From Kiritimatiellia bacterium (GTDB lineage Bacteria; Verrucomicrobiota; Kiritimatiellia; CAIQIC01; Lenti-01): a DNA stretch of 64,000 nucleotides. The notes beneath the pieces are model-generated. The model was not told the DNA's origin and did not search any database. It saw only the letters and a program-made list of their open reading frames with translations. Location: contig JBFXHR010000004.1 of NCBI GenBank assembly GCA_050176815.1, forward strand, positions 19,927 through 83,926, read 5' to 3'. The position numbers and the translations under genes were made by a program. Below are positions 1 through 8,939 of the stretch, one piece after another (within the stretch, counting starts at the first letter, position 1; the number at the start of each line of letters is the position of its first letter).

Positions 1-693
1 CCCGTCTTTCTTCACGGCTTGCAGCGCCTGCGGGAATTGACCGGCGCGTCGATCCAGGGCAAGAAGATGTTGGACGTCGGATGCGGGATGGGGCTGTTTC
101 TGGAGATCGTCCAGGAACAGGGCGGCGTTCCCTACGGCCTCGATCTCACGCCGGAGGCCGTCCAGTTCACCCGCGAACTGTGCAAAATCGATACCGTTGC
201 GCAAGGCTACTTCGAGACCTGCGATTATCCGCCGGGGTCTTTCGACGTCATCGCCGGGTGGGGGATTCTCCATCATACCCGGAGCCCCAGCCAGTGGTTT
301 GCGCAAGCGTACCGGTTGCTGGCCGATGGGGGGACCCTGCTGGTGAAAATGCCCAACGTCTCCTTCACGTCCGCGGCCTATCGCTTGACCCCCTTGCTGC
401 GGGCGCTGGGCCTGCCTGCGACCCACTATTTGGCTTCGAGGCCGCCGCTGAACCTCTACGGATTCACGCGCGAAACGCTGGCGGCGCTGCTGGAGAAAGC
501 GTCGTTCGAGGTGCTGTCGGTCGAAAGCGCCCGCATCCGGGGGAACGCGGGATTCCTGGGCGGACTCACGTCGGCGGCAACGGCCCTCGCGACCGGCTTG
601 ACGGGCGGCAAGGTCAATTTCCATCCCGGCATTTTGGCCATCGCGAGAAAACCCGGGACGCCAACCGGCGTTCAACCCCCGCAGGCGCCATGA
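1..693 (+). CDS. class I SAM-dependent methyltransferase (5' end may lie upstream of window)
   Basis: ORF 19..693 has the SAM-binding motif LDVGCGMGLF and acidic loop GLDL. The TTG at 19 could be internal because the frame is open to the window edge. Confidence 0.65.
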   Translation, partial: PVFLHGLQRLRELTGASIQGKKMLDVGCGMGLFLEIVQEQGGVPYGLDLTPEAVQFTRELCKIDTVAQGYFETCDYPPGSFDVIAGWGILHHTRSPSQWFAQAYRLLADGGTLLVKMPNVSFTSAAYRLTPLLRALGLPATHYLASRPPLNLYGFTRETLAALLEKASFEVLSVESARIRGNAGFLGGLTSAATALATGLTGGKVNFHPGILAIARKPGTPTGVQPPQAP

Positions 694-2546
694 CCGACAC
701 CCTGTCCACTTGTGCCGTTGCCTTTGCCGTTGCCGGACTGGCCGGCATTTTCGTCTGGAGCAAGTGCTTTTTCCTGGCGCCCGGCCGCGCCGGATGGCCG
801 ATGCTGCTGGCGAACGTGTTCTACGAAACGGTGGAGATCAAGCTCCGCCTGCGCCGGACCTGGATGGATTTCCTGCTGCTGGCCCTGACGGGGCTGGGCG
901 CCGGATTCCTGTGGGGCGGCACGGTGGCGGCGGCCTTGGCGCTGGCGATGGGCGCCGTCTGGGCGGGAGCGCTGCGGGTGGAATTGCGGTGGCGTTCGGA
1001 TGCCCCGGCCCGGCAATTGTCGGCATCCGACGGGCGCGTTCCGCTGCCGGTTCCGCGCCTGATCGTGACCTTGCGTGGCCCCGTGCTGCGGCGGGGCCGG
1101 CGCGTTTACCGCGCCGGCGTTCTGCCCGAAGATTGGAAACAACCGTTTGAATTGATGGTGCTCAATCCGGGATCGGTCCGGCCCCAGTTGCCGCTCCGCA
1201 TCGAGATTTCGACTTCCAGCACCCACGTGGGCGTCGATGCGGAGAGTCTGGGCGACGTTTCCTGTCCGGAGCCGGGGCAAATCGCGGGAATTCCGTTTGC
1301 CGTGCGCGCGGTGCGCGCAGGGCGGGGCGGCGACGTGCGCCTGCGGGTTTCCCACGGCGATTGGACTTGGGAGCGCCTCTTGCGCGTGGATGCGGTGCCG
1401 GCCCGCGGATCGCTCCGCATCCGGAACGCGGCCATCCGGCGCTGGAAATACGGGGCGCGCGCCGGATTCGTTTGGCGGGGCGACAACGATCTCTACGATC
1501 CGGCTACCTTCCAATCGGCCGCAGGCCTCCGCATTGCGCTGGGTTTGGCGGCGCGGTTCCGCATGCCGACCACCGTCATGCTGTCGGCGCGCCTGAGCTT
1601 GTATCCCGAGGAGCACAAGGCCTTCTGCAAGCAATTCGGCTGGAACCGGCACAGCGAGGAAATCCCCGGCTTTGTCCGCTTTTGGCGCGAGGAAGTGGAT
1701 ATGGAGGTCGACCAGGAATTTCCGACCCGGACGGACCGCGCGTGGTCGGCGGAAGTCGGCAACCACGCCTATCTGCACTATGGAACGCACGCGGCGGCCG
1801 ATCCCGGCAACGGATGGACGTCGCATGCGCGCGTGGGCCAAGGGCGCTATCCTTGGCTGAAGGACTATCCCTGCGATTCCTTTGCGGAGCAGCGCGACAA
1901 CATCGCCGCATGCACGCGGTCGATCGAAGAGACGCTGGGCGTGCGCACGGCGTCCTACACGCCGCCCAGCGACATGTTCGATGCCCAGACTGCGCGGGCC
2001 GTCGAGGCGGCAGGCATCGAAGTGGGCAACGAAACCGATGCCACGAAGTGGCAGAAGTTGCTCACTTTTCCGGTTGAACACCATCCCAAAGGCTGCGCCC
2101 GCCTGGTTGAACTGACGCGCATGTTGCCGCGCGATCCCGTGAACGCGCCGCAGATCGCCATGCTGAAGTTCTGGCTTGGCGTTGCGCGCCGCCGCGGCCG
2201 GGCGCTCGTGTTTTTGGCGCACCACCATTTGCTGATGTACAAATCCAACGCCTGCCATGCGCTAACCGCCGAATTGCTGCGGCATGTCTTGGCCGATGCC
2301 GAGGGCGACGTCTATCCGGCGACCTTGACCGGGATGGGGCGCTACTGGCGCGACGTCTTGAGCGAGCGGACGCGCACGGTCCAGATCCGGATCGCCGGGA
2401 ACGCCGTGGAAATCCAGAACGTCGGCGACCGCGCGCTGGCGGGCCTGCCGCTGGAGATCGAATTCGGCGGGGGCCGCCGCTGCATGCGCTTGGTCGACGT
2501 GCCGGCGCATGCTTCCGTATCCATCGAGGGGGGAGCCGCCGGGTGA
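690..2546 (+). CDS. membrane-anchored polysaccharide deacetylase-like (CE4/NodB-like) protein, paralog A
   Basis: ATG at 690 overlaps the upstream stop (ATGA). N-terminal TM helices; C-terminal region with WRGDNDLYD, GNHAYLHYGTH and R.W.P motifs resembling CE4 Asp/His metal-binding motifs. Paralogous to 4879..6669. Confidence 0.5.
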   Translation: MTDTLSTCAVAFAVAGLAGIFVWSKCFFLAPGRAGWPMLLANVFYETVEIKLRLRRTWMDFLLLALTGLGAGFLWGGTVAAALALAMGAVWAGALRVELRWRSDAPARQLSASDGRVPLPVPRLIVTLRGPVLRRGRRVYRAGVLPEDWKQPFELMVLNPGSVRPQLPLRIEISTSSTHVGVDAESLGDVSCPEPGQIAGIPFAVRAVRAGRGGDVRLRVSHGDWTWERLLRVDAVPARGSLRIRNAAIRRWKYGARAGFVWRGDNDLYDPATFQSAAGLRIALGLAARFRMPTTVMLSARLSLYPEEHKAFCKQFGWNRHSEEIPGFVRFWREEVDMEVDQEFPTRTDRAWSAEVGNHAYLHYGTHAAADPGNGWTSHARVGQGRYPWLKDYPCDSFAEQRDNIAACTRSIEETLGVRTASYTPPSDMFDAQTARAVEAAGIEVGNETDATKWQKLLTFPVEHHPKGCARLVELTRMLPRDPVNAPQIAMLKFWLGVARRRGRALVFLAHHHLLMYKSNACHALTAELLRHVLADAEGDVYPATLTGMGRYWRDVLSERTRTVQIRIAGNAVEIQNVGDRALAGLPLEIEFGGGRRCMRLVDVPAHASVSIEGGAAG

Positions 2547-3568
2547 ACGTGCAGGTCTACTCGCCTGGACGGGAGGCGGCTTGGAACGAATATGCGTCCC
2601 GGCATCCGGAAGCGACCGTGTTCCATCTCGCGGGCTGGAAGCGGGCCATCGAGCGCTCGACGGGCCATGCCGGCCATTATTTGATGGCGTTGGACCAGGG
2701 CCGGGTCGTCGGGATCTATCCGCTCTTCATCGTCTCCACGCGGCTGTTCGGCGCGATGGGCGTCAGCCTCCCGTTCGTCAGCTACGGCGGCATCGTGGCC
2801 GACCGCCTGGAGGCGGAACGGGCGCTGGGGGATGAGGCGGCGAAGATCGCGCGCGCCGCCGGTTGCGACCATATCGAGCTTCGCCAGCTGCATCCGCTGA
2901 AGTCCGCGTGGCCGACGACGGATCGCAAGGTGGTCACCGAAATTCCGACGGAGGGCGGCGCCAGCGCGGTGTTCGCTCGGCTGCATCCGAACGTGCGGAA
3001 CAAGATCCGGAAAGCGGAGAAAAACGGCGTCGCCGTCCAGCAAGGCGCGGAATTCCTGCCGGAATTCTACGGCATCTATTCCCGGAATCTCCGCGACCTC
3101 GGCACGCCGGTCCTCGCGCTCCGTTTTTTCGAAGCCGCGCTGGACGCGTTTCCAAACCACGTCCGGGTATATCGCGCCTTGCGGCAGGGGAAGACCCTTG
3201 CGGCGAAAATGGTGGTCCAGGATCCAGATACCTGCCATTTCGTTTGGTCCGCTTCCCTCCGGGAAGAACTATGCCATGCGCCGGTGCATGCGATGAACTG
3301 GCGGGCGATCGAGGAGGCTTGCCAGGCGGGCTGCCGGCGCATCGACCTGGGACGAAGCACGGCGGAGTCCAGCCATCTCGATTTCAAGAAATACTGGGGC
3401 GGGGAATCCCGCGTTTTGCCGTGGGCCTACCAGCTGCTGGATCGCTCGGACCTGCCGGGCCTGAACAAGGAAAACCGGAAATATTCGCTGACCATTGCGA
3501 TGTGGAAACGGCTGCCGTTGGGCCTCAGCCGGATCCTGGGTCCGCCCATCGCGCGCGGTCTTCCCTGA
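2543..3568 (+). CDS. FemAB-family (GNAT-fold) protein, EPS/PEP-CTERM-locus-associated type
   Basis: GTG start overlaps the upstream stop (GTGA). Sequence is typical of FemAB-related EPS-locus proteins (HLAGWKRAIE ... DFKKYWGG). Confidence 0.7.
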   Translation: MNVQVYSPGREAAWNEYASRHPEATVFHLAGWKRAIERSTGHAGHYLMALDQGRVVGIYPLFIVSTRLFGAMGVSLPFVSYGGIVADRLEAERALGDEAAKIARAAGCDHIELRQLHPLKSAWPTTDRKVVTEIPTEGGASAVFARLHPNVRNKIRKAEKNGVAVQQGAEFLPEFYGIYSRNLRDLGTPVLALRFFEAALDAFPNHVRVYRALRQGKTLAAKMVVQDPDTCHFVWSASLREELCHAPVHAMNWRAIEEACQAGCRRIDLGRSTAESSHLDFKKYWGGESRVLPWAYQLLDRSDLPGLNKENRKYSLTIAMWKRLPLGLSRILGPPIARGLP

Positions 3569-3589
3569 TTTCCATGATATAATTTCGCC

Positions 3590-4882
3590 ATGCGCATTTT
3601 GTATTTCCACCAGTTTTTCGCCGGTCCGCAGGCCCCGGGTCCCGCGCAGCCGCGCGACCTGGTTCGGCTGCTGGCCGAGCGGGGGCATATCGTGGACGTG
3701 GTGGCGTGCGACCTGAACGCCTACAACGAGCAGACCGAACCCGAGGAGTCTGTTTCGACGGCGGCGGGAGGAAGCGTCCGAGTGCATCGTTTGCCGGTGC
3801 CGCGCAATTTGCGCGCAAGCCTGGCCCATCGCCTCAAGACCTATGGCCAGTTTGCCTGGTCGGCCTACCGGTTTGGCCGCGGGCGGGACGCGCCCGACGT
3901 CGTGATGGCCACTATCCAGCCATTGTTCGGCGGGATGGCGGCGTTCCGGCTGGCTCGGCGCTGGCGAAAACCGTTTCTGCTGGAAATCCGCGATCTGTGG
4001 CCGGATGCGCTCGTGGTCAAGAAAGCCATTTCCAAGTGGCAGGCCGTGCCGCTGCACGCGATGGCGCGATCGTTGTACTTCGGCGCGGATCGCGTGGCGA
4101 GCCTCACGCCCGGCATCAAGATCGAACTGCTGAAAAAGGGGATTCCGGCGGATCGGCTGGACGTGTTGCCGAACGGCTTCAACGAGGCGTTTTTCCGGTT
4201 GGAGCCCGGAATCCGCGAGAAGATGCGGGACCGACTCGGTTGGGGCAAACAGTTCGCGGCGGTCTACGCCGGATCGCTGACCGAAGTGACCTCCGTCGAG
4301 ACCATCGTCCGGGCGGGCGCATTTCTGCGGTCTCGTCCGGACATCCGCATCGACCTGTTCGGCTACGGGCAAAGCAAATCCAAGGCGATGGCGCTGGCGG
4401 AGGAACTCGGGCTGGACAACGTCCATTTCCACGATCCGGTGCCCCGAACGCAGGTTCCCGCGATCTTGGCGGCGGCCGATGCGGCGCTGATGTCGCTGTT
4501 CCGCAGCCCGCTGATCCACATCTATTTTGAAAACAAGTTCATCGACTACATGGGCTCGCGCCTGCCGATCCTCGCGTCCTTGGAGGGCGTGCAGGCGGAC
4601 TTGATCCGGCGCACCGGCGCGGGGCAGGTCGTGCCCACGTTCGATTCCGAGGCCCTGGCGAGGGCCATTGCCGACGCGGCGGACCATCCGGAGCGCTGCC
4701 GGGAAATGGGCGGGGCCGGGCATCGGTTCCTCGCGACCCACCTGCGGCAGCAGGACATCCTCAACCGCTACGCCGATGTGCTGGAGGCCGTGGCGAGGGG
4801 CGAAGGCGCCCGCGTGCCGGCCTGGGATCCGTTCCTGGAGACGGAAGTCAGAGGCCAGAAGTCAGAGGGCGGGGAAGCGTGA
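3590..4882 (+). CDS. glycosyltransferase family 4
   Basis: 430 aa. GT-B N-terminal sugar-acceptor domain and C-terminal GT4 domain (EX7E-like region GLPILASLEG). Confidence 0.75.
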   Translation: MRILYFHQFFAGPQAPGPAQPRDLVRLLAERGHIVDVVACDLNAYNEQTEPEESVSTAAGGSVRVHRLPVPRNLRASLAHRLKTYGQFAWSAYRFGRGRDAPDVVMATIQPLFGGMAAFRLARRWRKPFLLEIRDLWPDALVVKKAISKWQAVPLHAMARSLYFGADRVASLTPGIKIELLKKGIPADRLDVLPNGFNEAFFRLEPGIREKMRDRLGWGKQFAAVYAGSLTEVTSVETIVRAGAFLRSRPDIRIDLFGYGQSKSKAMALAEELGLDNVHFHDPVPRTQVPAILAAADAALMSLFRSPLIHIYFENKFIDYMGSRLPILASLEGVQADLIRRTGAGQVVPTFDSEALARAIADAADHPERCREMGGAGHRFLATHLRQQDILNRYADVLEAVARGEGARVPAWDPFLETEVRGQKSEGGEA

Positions 4883-6669
4883 ACTCAATGCTCCTCATGA
4901 TCGGCGGGGCGTTGGTGGCGTCGGTGGCGCTGGCCCGGGCATTCTTTCTAGCGCGGTTTCGCGGGGGGTGGCTGTTCTATCTGGCCAACGTAATGTGGGA
5001 GATCTTTCCCAAGAAGTTGGGTATCCGGCGCGGGGCGATGGAAGCGTTGGCGGCGGCGGCGGGTTTGGGGTGCCTAAAGCTGGGCGGCGGCACTTGGGCC
5101 GGGGTGGGCGGCGTGGCTGTGGTCCTGGGCGTCTTGCAGTTCGCCCTGTGGGGAATGGAGCGCCTGCTGTTTGCCGAGTTGCGGATTCCGCGGTTGTTTT
5201 TCAATCTGGAAGGGCCTTTTGTTGCGCGCATGCCGCGGTATCGGCTCGGTACGCTGTGGACGGGAATGCCGTTCGAGCTCGAACTGGCGGCAGTCAATTC
5301 ATCGCCTCAGCCGTGGCCGGCGCCGCTGCGCATCCGATTGGATGCGCCGCCGGACTGGCTGGAAAACGACTCGGCGGAACGGGCCATCGCGCCGCTGCCT
5401 GCGGGCGGCGTGGGGAGGATTCGCTGGATCCTCCGCCCAAAGGGAGTCGCTGCCCGCGGTACGCTGAACGTGCGCATCGAAGGCTGCAAGGATTGCCGGA
5501 ACATCGAAATTCATTTTGACGGATGCCGGCGCGCGGCGGATTTCCGGATTGAGAAGGCCGCGATTTCCCGCTATCCGGGCGGCCGGCGCAGCGCGTTCGT
5601 CTGGCGCGGGGACATGGATCTGTACGACGTGCGGACGTTCCAGTCGATCGCCGGGCTGGAAACGACGCTGGGCTTGTCGGCGCGGCTTGCGTTTCCGCAG
5701 ACGATGTGCCTCTCCACGCGGCTGTCGTTCGACGAAACGGCGGCGCGCGAGTTTGCGGCGCACGAAGGCGCGGAAACGGGATGGGAGGACATCCCGCGCT
5801 TCATCCAATGGCTGCGCGAAAAGGTGGACGTGCGGCATTCCTGCGCGTTCCCGGCCAAGTCGGCCACCAAGCCGTATCTGATGGAACTGGGCAACCACGG
5901 ACATCTGCACTACGACACGGCGGCGGCCGCGGCGCCCGAGAACGGCTGGAAATCCCATGCCAAAACGGGCGCGGGGCGCTATCCGTGGGTGGGGGACGAC
6001 GGCTCGTCGTACGGCGAACAGCGCGACAACATTCTGGAGGCCGCGCGCTGGTTCCAGCGGTTGCTGGGGTTCACGCCGCGGTCGTGGGCCAAGCCGGGGC
6101 GCTGCAACGACGCCGATACCGCGCGGGCTGCCGAGGCGGCCGGCTGCGAGGTGCTCAGCGGGTCCGACATCCGCGCCCGCGACAACGTGCTGTTCCAGCC
6201 GCCGCCGCACCATCCGGGCGGGACGGACGCCGTGGAACTGACCTCGCGCTATCCGCCCGATCCGCAGCACGCCTTCCATTTCTTCATGCTCGTTTTCTGG
6301 TTGAACCGCTCGCGCCGGCTGGGCCGGCCGATGGTGTTCATGTGCCACCAGCACATGCGCCAGTGGGAAGGACCGGCCTGCGCGCTTTTCTCTGAAGCGC
6401 TGATCCGGTCCGTGCTGCGCGGATTCCACGGCGAATTCCACGTCGATACGCTGTTCGGCGTCGGAAAATACTGGCGCGAAGTGCTGAGTCCCCGGACGCG
6501 CCGCGTGGCGGTTGCGCTGGACGGCACGCGCCTCCGGGTCGAGAATCGCAGCGATATGGATTTCGAGCGTGTGCCGGTGGACCTGGAACTGGCCGACGGC
6601 GGGCGCTCCACCGTGCTGGTTTCGGTGCGCAGCGGCCAGACCGTCGAAGTGGATTTGATGGAGAGATAG
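4879..6669 (+). CDS. membrane-anchored polysaccharide deacetylase-like (CE4-like) protein, paralog B
   Basis: GTGA overlap with the upstream gene. N-terminal TM segment; WRGDMDLYD, GNHGHLHYDT and RDNI motifs collinear with 690..2546. Confidence 0.5.
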   Translation: MNSMLLMIGGALVASVALARAFFLARFRGGWLFYLANVMWEIFPKKLGIRRGAMEALAAAAGLGCLKLGGGTWAGVGGVAVVLGVLQFALWGMERLLFAELRIPRLFFNLEGPFVARMPRYRLGTLWTGMPFELELAAVNSSPQPWPAPLRIRLDAPPDWLENDSAERAIAPLPAGGVGRIRWILRPKGVAARGTLNVRIEGCKDCRNIEIHFDGCRRAADFRIEKAAISRYPGGRRSAFVWRGDMDLYDVRTFQSIAGLETTLGLSARLAFPQTMCLSTRLSFDETAAREFAAHEGAETGWEDIPRFIQWLREKVDVRHSCAFPAKSATKPYLMELGNHGHLHYDTAAAAAPENGWKSHAKTGAGRYPWVGDDGSSYGEQRDNILEAARWFQRLLGFTPRSWAKPGRCNDADTARAAEAAGCEVLSGSDIRARDNVLFQPPPHHPGGTDAVELTSRYPPDPQHAFHFFMLVFWLNRSRRLGRPMVFMCHQHMRQWEGPACALFSEALIRSVLRGFHGEFHVDTLFGVGKYWREVLSPRTRRVAVALDGTRLRVENRSDMDFERVPVDLELADGGRSTVLVSVRSGQTVEVDLMER

Positions 6670-7515
6670 ATGCCGTTGGTTTGCACAGTGGACGTCGAGG
6701 ACTGGGCGCAGTCCACCCTCGATACGGAAATGCCGATTTCGGATCGCGCGGGGCCCAACATGGAGCATTTGCTCGACGTGCTGGCGGAAGAAAAGACCAA
6801 AGCCACCTGTTTCGTTCTGGGGAAATTCGCCGAGAAGTTCCCGGCCTGCGTGAAGCGGATCGCCGCGGAAGGGCACGAAGTGGCCTCGCACGGCTACGGG
6901 CACGTGGACGTCTTCCGGCTTTCGCCGACGCAGTTCCGGGAGGACGTCCGCCGGTCCAAGGGGCAGTTGGAGGCGTTGACGGGCGCGGCGGTGATGGGCT
7001 ATCGCGCGCCGGATTTCTCGATCGTGAAGGAATCGCTGTGGGCGTTGGACGTGCTGGCGGAGGAGGGGTTCGCCTACGACGCGAGCATCAATCCGGCGGT
7101 GCTGGCGCGCTTCGGCGTGCCCGATTTTCCGGCGCAGCCGGTGCGCCTGGCGCTGGCGGGCGGCTTGAGCCTGGTGGAATTGCCGGTGGCGACGCTGCCG
7201 GTATTGGGGCGGAAATTCCCCGTGGCGGGCGGGGGCTACCATCGGTTGCTGCCGTTCCCGGCCATCCGCTGGGTGGTCGAACGGGTGGTGCTGGCGGGCG
7301 AGGTCTTCATGGCCTACTGCCATCCGTACGAGTTCGATCCGGACGAGTTCGCCCATCTGGGCTATCCGTTGCCGCTGAAGACCCGCCTGCACCAGGGGCT
7401 GGGGCGGCGGGGATTCGAGGGCAAGTTCCGGCGGATGCTGCGGGAATTCGAGACCACCTTGGCCGGGCAAGTCGCCGAGACAGCAACGAATGAGGCCCCG
7501 GTCTACGAAGCGTGA
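6670..7515 (+). CDS. polysaccharide deacetylase (CE4), PEP-CTERM/EPS-locus subfamily
   Basis: NodB-homology motifs VDVEDW, HGYGH and RAPDF; 281 aa, as in EPS-locus deacetylases. Confidence 0.8.
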   Translation: MPLVCTVDVEDWAQSTLDTEMPISDRAGPNMEHLLDVLAEEKTKATCFVLGKFAEKFPACVKRIAAEGHEVASHGYGHVDVFRLSPTQFREDVRRSKGQLEALTGAAVMGYRAPDFSIVKESLWALDVLAEEGFAYDASINPAVLARFGVPDFPAQPVRLALAGGLSLVELPVATLPVLGRKFPVAGGGYHRLLPFPAIRWVVERVVLAGEVFMAYCHPYEFDPDEFAHLGYPLPLKTRLHQGLGRRGFEGKFRRMLREFETTLAGQVAETATNEAPVYEA

Positions 7516-7529
7516 ACCCAGAACAGCCG

Positions 7530-7600
7530 GCTACGGATTTCGCAGATGGCGCGGATTCGATCCCGAAACCCTTGGATTATCGATCCGCGCAATCCGTAGC
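7530..7600. repeat. palindromic hairpin repeat, copy 1 (GCTACGGATT...GCGCGGAT / ATCCGCGC...AATCCGTAGC)
   Basis: Internal inverted repeat with two stem modules; a second copy lies at 8020..8100 in the same orientation. Confidence 0.8.
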
Positions 7601-7623
7601 TTGATTCAGAAAGGCATGCGGAT

Positions 7624-8007
7624 ATGGAACTGTTGTACAAAGAGATCACGGAACAGATCATCGGCGCGGCCTATGAGGTCTATCGTGTTTTGGGGTATGG
7701 ATTTCTTGAAAAAATCTACCAGCGGGCGATGGTGGTGGAATTGGAATTGCGCGGACTCATGGCTCAGCCCGAAGCCTCGGCCAAAGTGTTTTTCAAAGAC
7801 GTGTGCGTAGGCGACTATTCAGCGGACCTCTTTGTCGGGGAGAAGGTCGTTGTAGAGCTGAAAGTCGCGCGAGAACTGAATCCGGCGGATGAAGCGCAGT
7901 TGATCAACGAACTGCTGTCGACGAGACAGGAAGTGGGTATGCTCATCAACTTCGGACGCGCAGGTGTCCAATTCAAACGCGCAGTCAATCAACAGAACAA
8001 CGGATGA
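7624..8007 (+). CDS. GxxExxY protein (PD-(D/E)XK-fold, PDDEXK_3-like)
   Basis: 127 aa containing GAAYEVY (GxxExxY) and the conserved D/ELK motif. Local GC is lower than in flanking genes. Confidence 0.8.
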   Translation: MELLYKEITEQIIGAAYEVYRVLGYGFLEKIYQRAMVVELELRGLMAQPEASAKVFFKDVCVGDYSADLFVGEKVVVELKVARELNPADEAQLINELLSTRQEVGMLINFGRAGVQFKRAVNQQNNG

Positions 8008-8019
8008 TGATCGGGACAA

Positions 8020-8100
8020 GCTACGGATTTCGCGAATGGCGCGGATCGGAAATCTATTCAGGCCTTTAGATTGATCCGCGAAATCCGCGCAATCCGTAGC
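8020..8100. repeat. palindromic hairpin repeat, copy 2
   Basis: Shares the GCTACGGATTTCGC..ATGGCGCGGAT and ATCCGCGCAATCCGTAGC modules with copy 1. Confidence 0.8.
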
Positions 8101-8124
8101 TCAATGTATCCGAATGCCTAGTCT

Positions 8125-8811
8125 ATGACAAAGGGTCAAGCCATCCTCAAGCGGGTTTTCGACTTTTCCGCAGCTCTGGTCGGTCTTGTCGTGCTGTCGC
8201 CGGCGATGCTGGCCATCGCCGTTCTCGTGCGGGCGACGTCGTCCGGACCGGCACTGTTCATCCAGGAGCGGGTGGGGCGGCACGGCCGGAAGTTCCGCTG
8301 CGCGAAATTCCGAACGATGAGCATGGGCGCGCAGGCGCAGGGCACCGTCACGACGGCGACGGACGCGCGGGTGACGCCGCTCGGGCGCTGGCTGCGCCGG
8401 TGGAAGCTGGACGAGCTGCCGCAGTTGGGAAACGTGCTGGCGGGGCGGATGTCGTTCGTGGGGCCGCGTCCCGACGTGCCCGGCTATGCGGACCGGCTGC
8501 AGGGCGACGACCGTCGGATTCTCGAATTGCGGCCAGGCATCACGGGCCCGGCCACGCTGCTGTTCCGCGACGAAGAGCGGTTGCTGGCGCTGGCGCGCAA
8601 TCCGCAGGCCTTCAACGACGCGGTGGTCTTTCCCGAAAAGGTGCGCCTCAACCGCGAATATCTGGAGAACGGCGGCTTTTGGCGCGACCTGGGCTATGTT
8701 CTCGCGACGGTTTGGCCGGGTCTGACGCGGCGGCTGGGTTGGAATCGGCGGCTTGGTTTGGATTTCGAATCTTTTTCCGCCCGCATGGAGCGGGAAGCCC
8801 GTTGTTTTTGA
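8125..8811 (+). CDS. polyprenyl-phosphate sugar-1-phosphate transferase (bacterial sugar transferase, EpsL/WbaP C-terminal-domain type)
   Basis: 228 aa with a single N-terminal TM segment. Has the conserved KFRTM, DELPQL and SFVGPRP motifs of the Bac_transf family. Confidence 0.85.
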   Translation: MTKGQAILKRVFDFSAALVGLVVLSPAMLAIAVLVRATSSGPALFIQERVGRHGRKFRCAKFRTMSMGAQAQGTVTTATDARVTPLGRWLRRWKLDELPQLGNVLAGRMSFVGPRPDVPGYADRLQGDDRRILELRPGITGPATLLFRDEERLLALARNPQAFNDAVVFPEKVRLNREYLENGGFWRDLGYVLATVWPGLTRRLGWNRRLGLDFESFSARMEREARCF

Positions 8812-8835
8812 GCGAAAAATTCCATTGTTATTTTC

Positions 8836-8864
8836 GTGACAATTGGCAGGGGGGGGGGTATCTA
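8836..8864 (+). promoter_or_regulatory. candidate sigma70-like promoter (GTGACA-17 nt-TATCTA) with a G10 tract in the spacer
   Basis: -35-like GTGACA at 8836-8841 and -10-like TATCTA at 8859-8864, 17 nt apart. The spacer contains GGGGGGGGGG at 8849-8858. It lies about 75 nt upstream of the 8940 gene. Confidence 0.3.
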
Positions 8865-8939
8865 CATGCTTGGTTCGAATGGTCTCGGGGCGGCGCGGAC
8901 GTCGCTTGCCGCGATTTTGAAAATAACAGGAGAAACGGG

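Noticed and set aside
7530-8100. Possible CRISPR array
   Set aside because: Only two copies of the repeat, separated by a 420-bp protein-coding spacer. The repeats are internally palindromic but at 71-81 bp are too long for CRISPR, and no cas genes are present.
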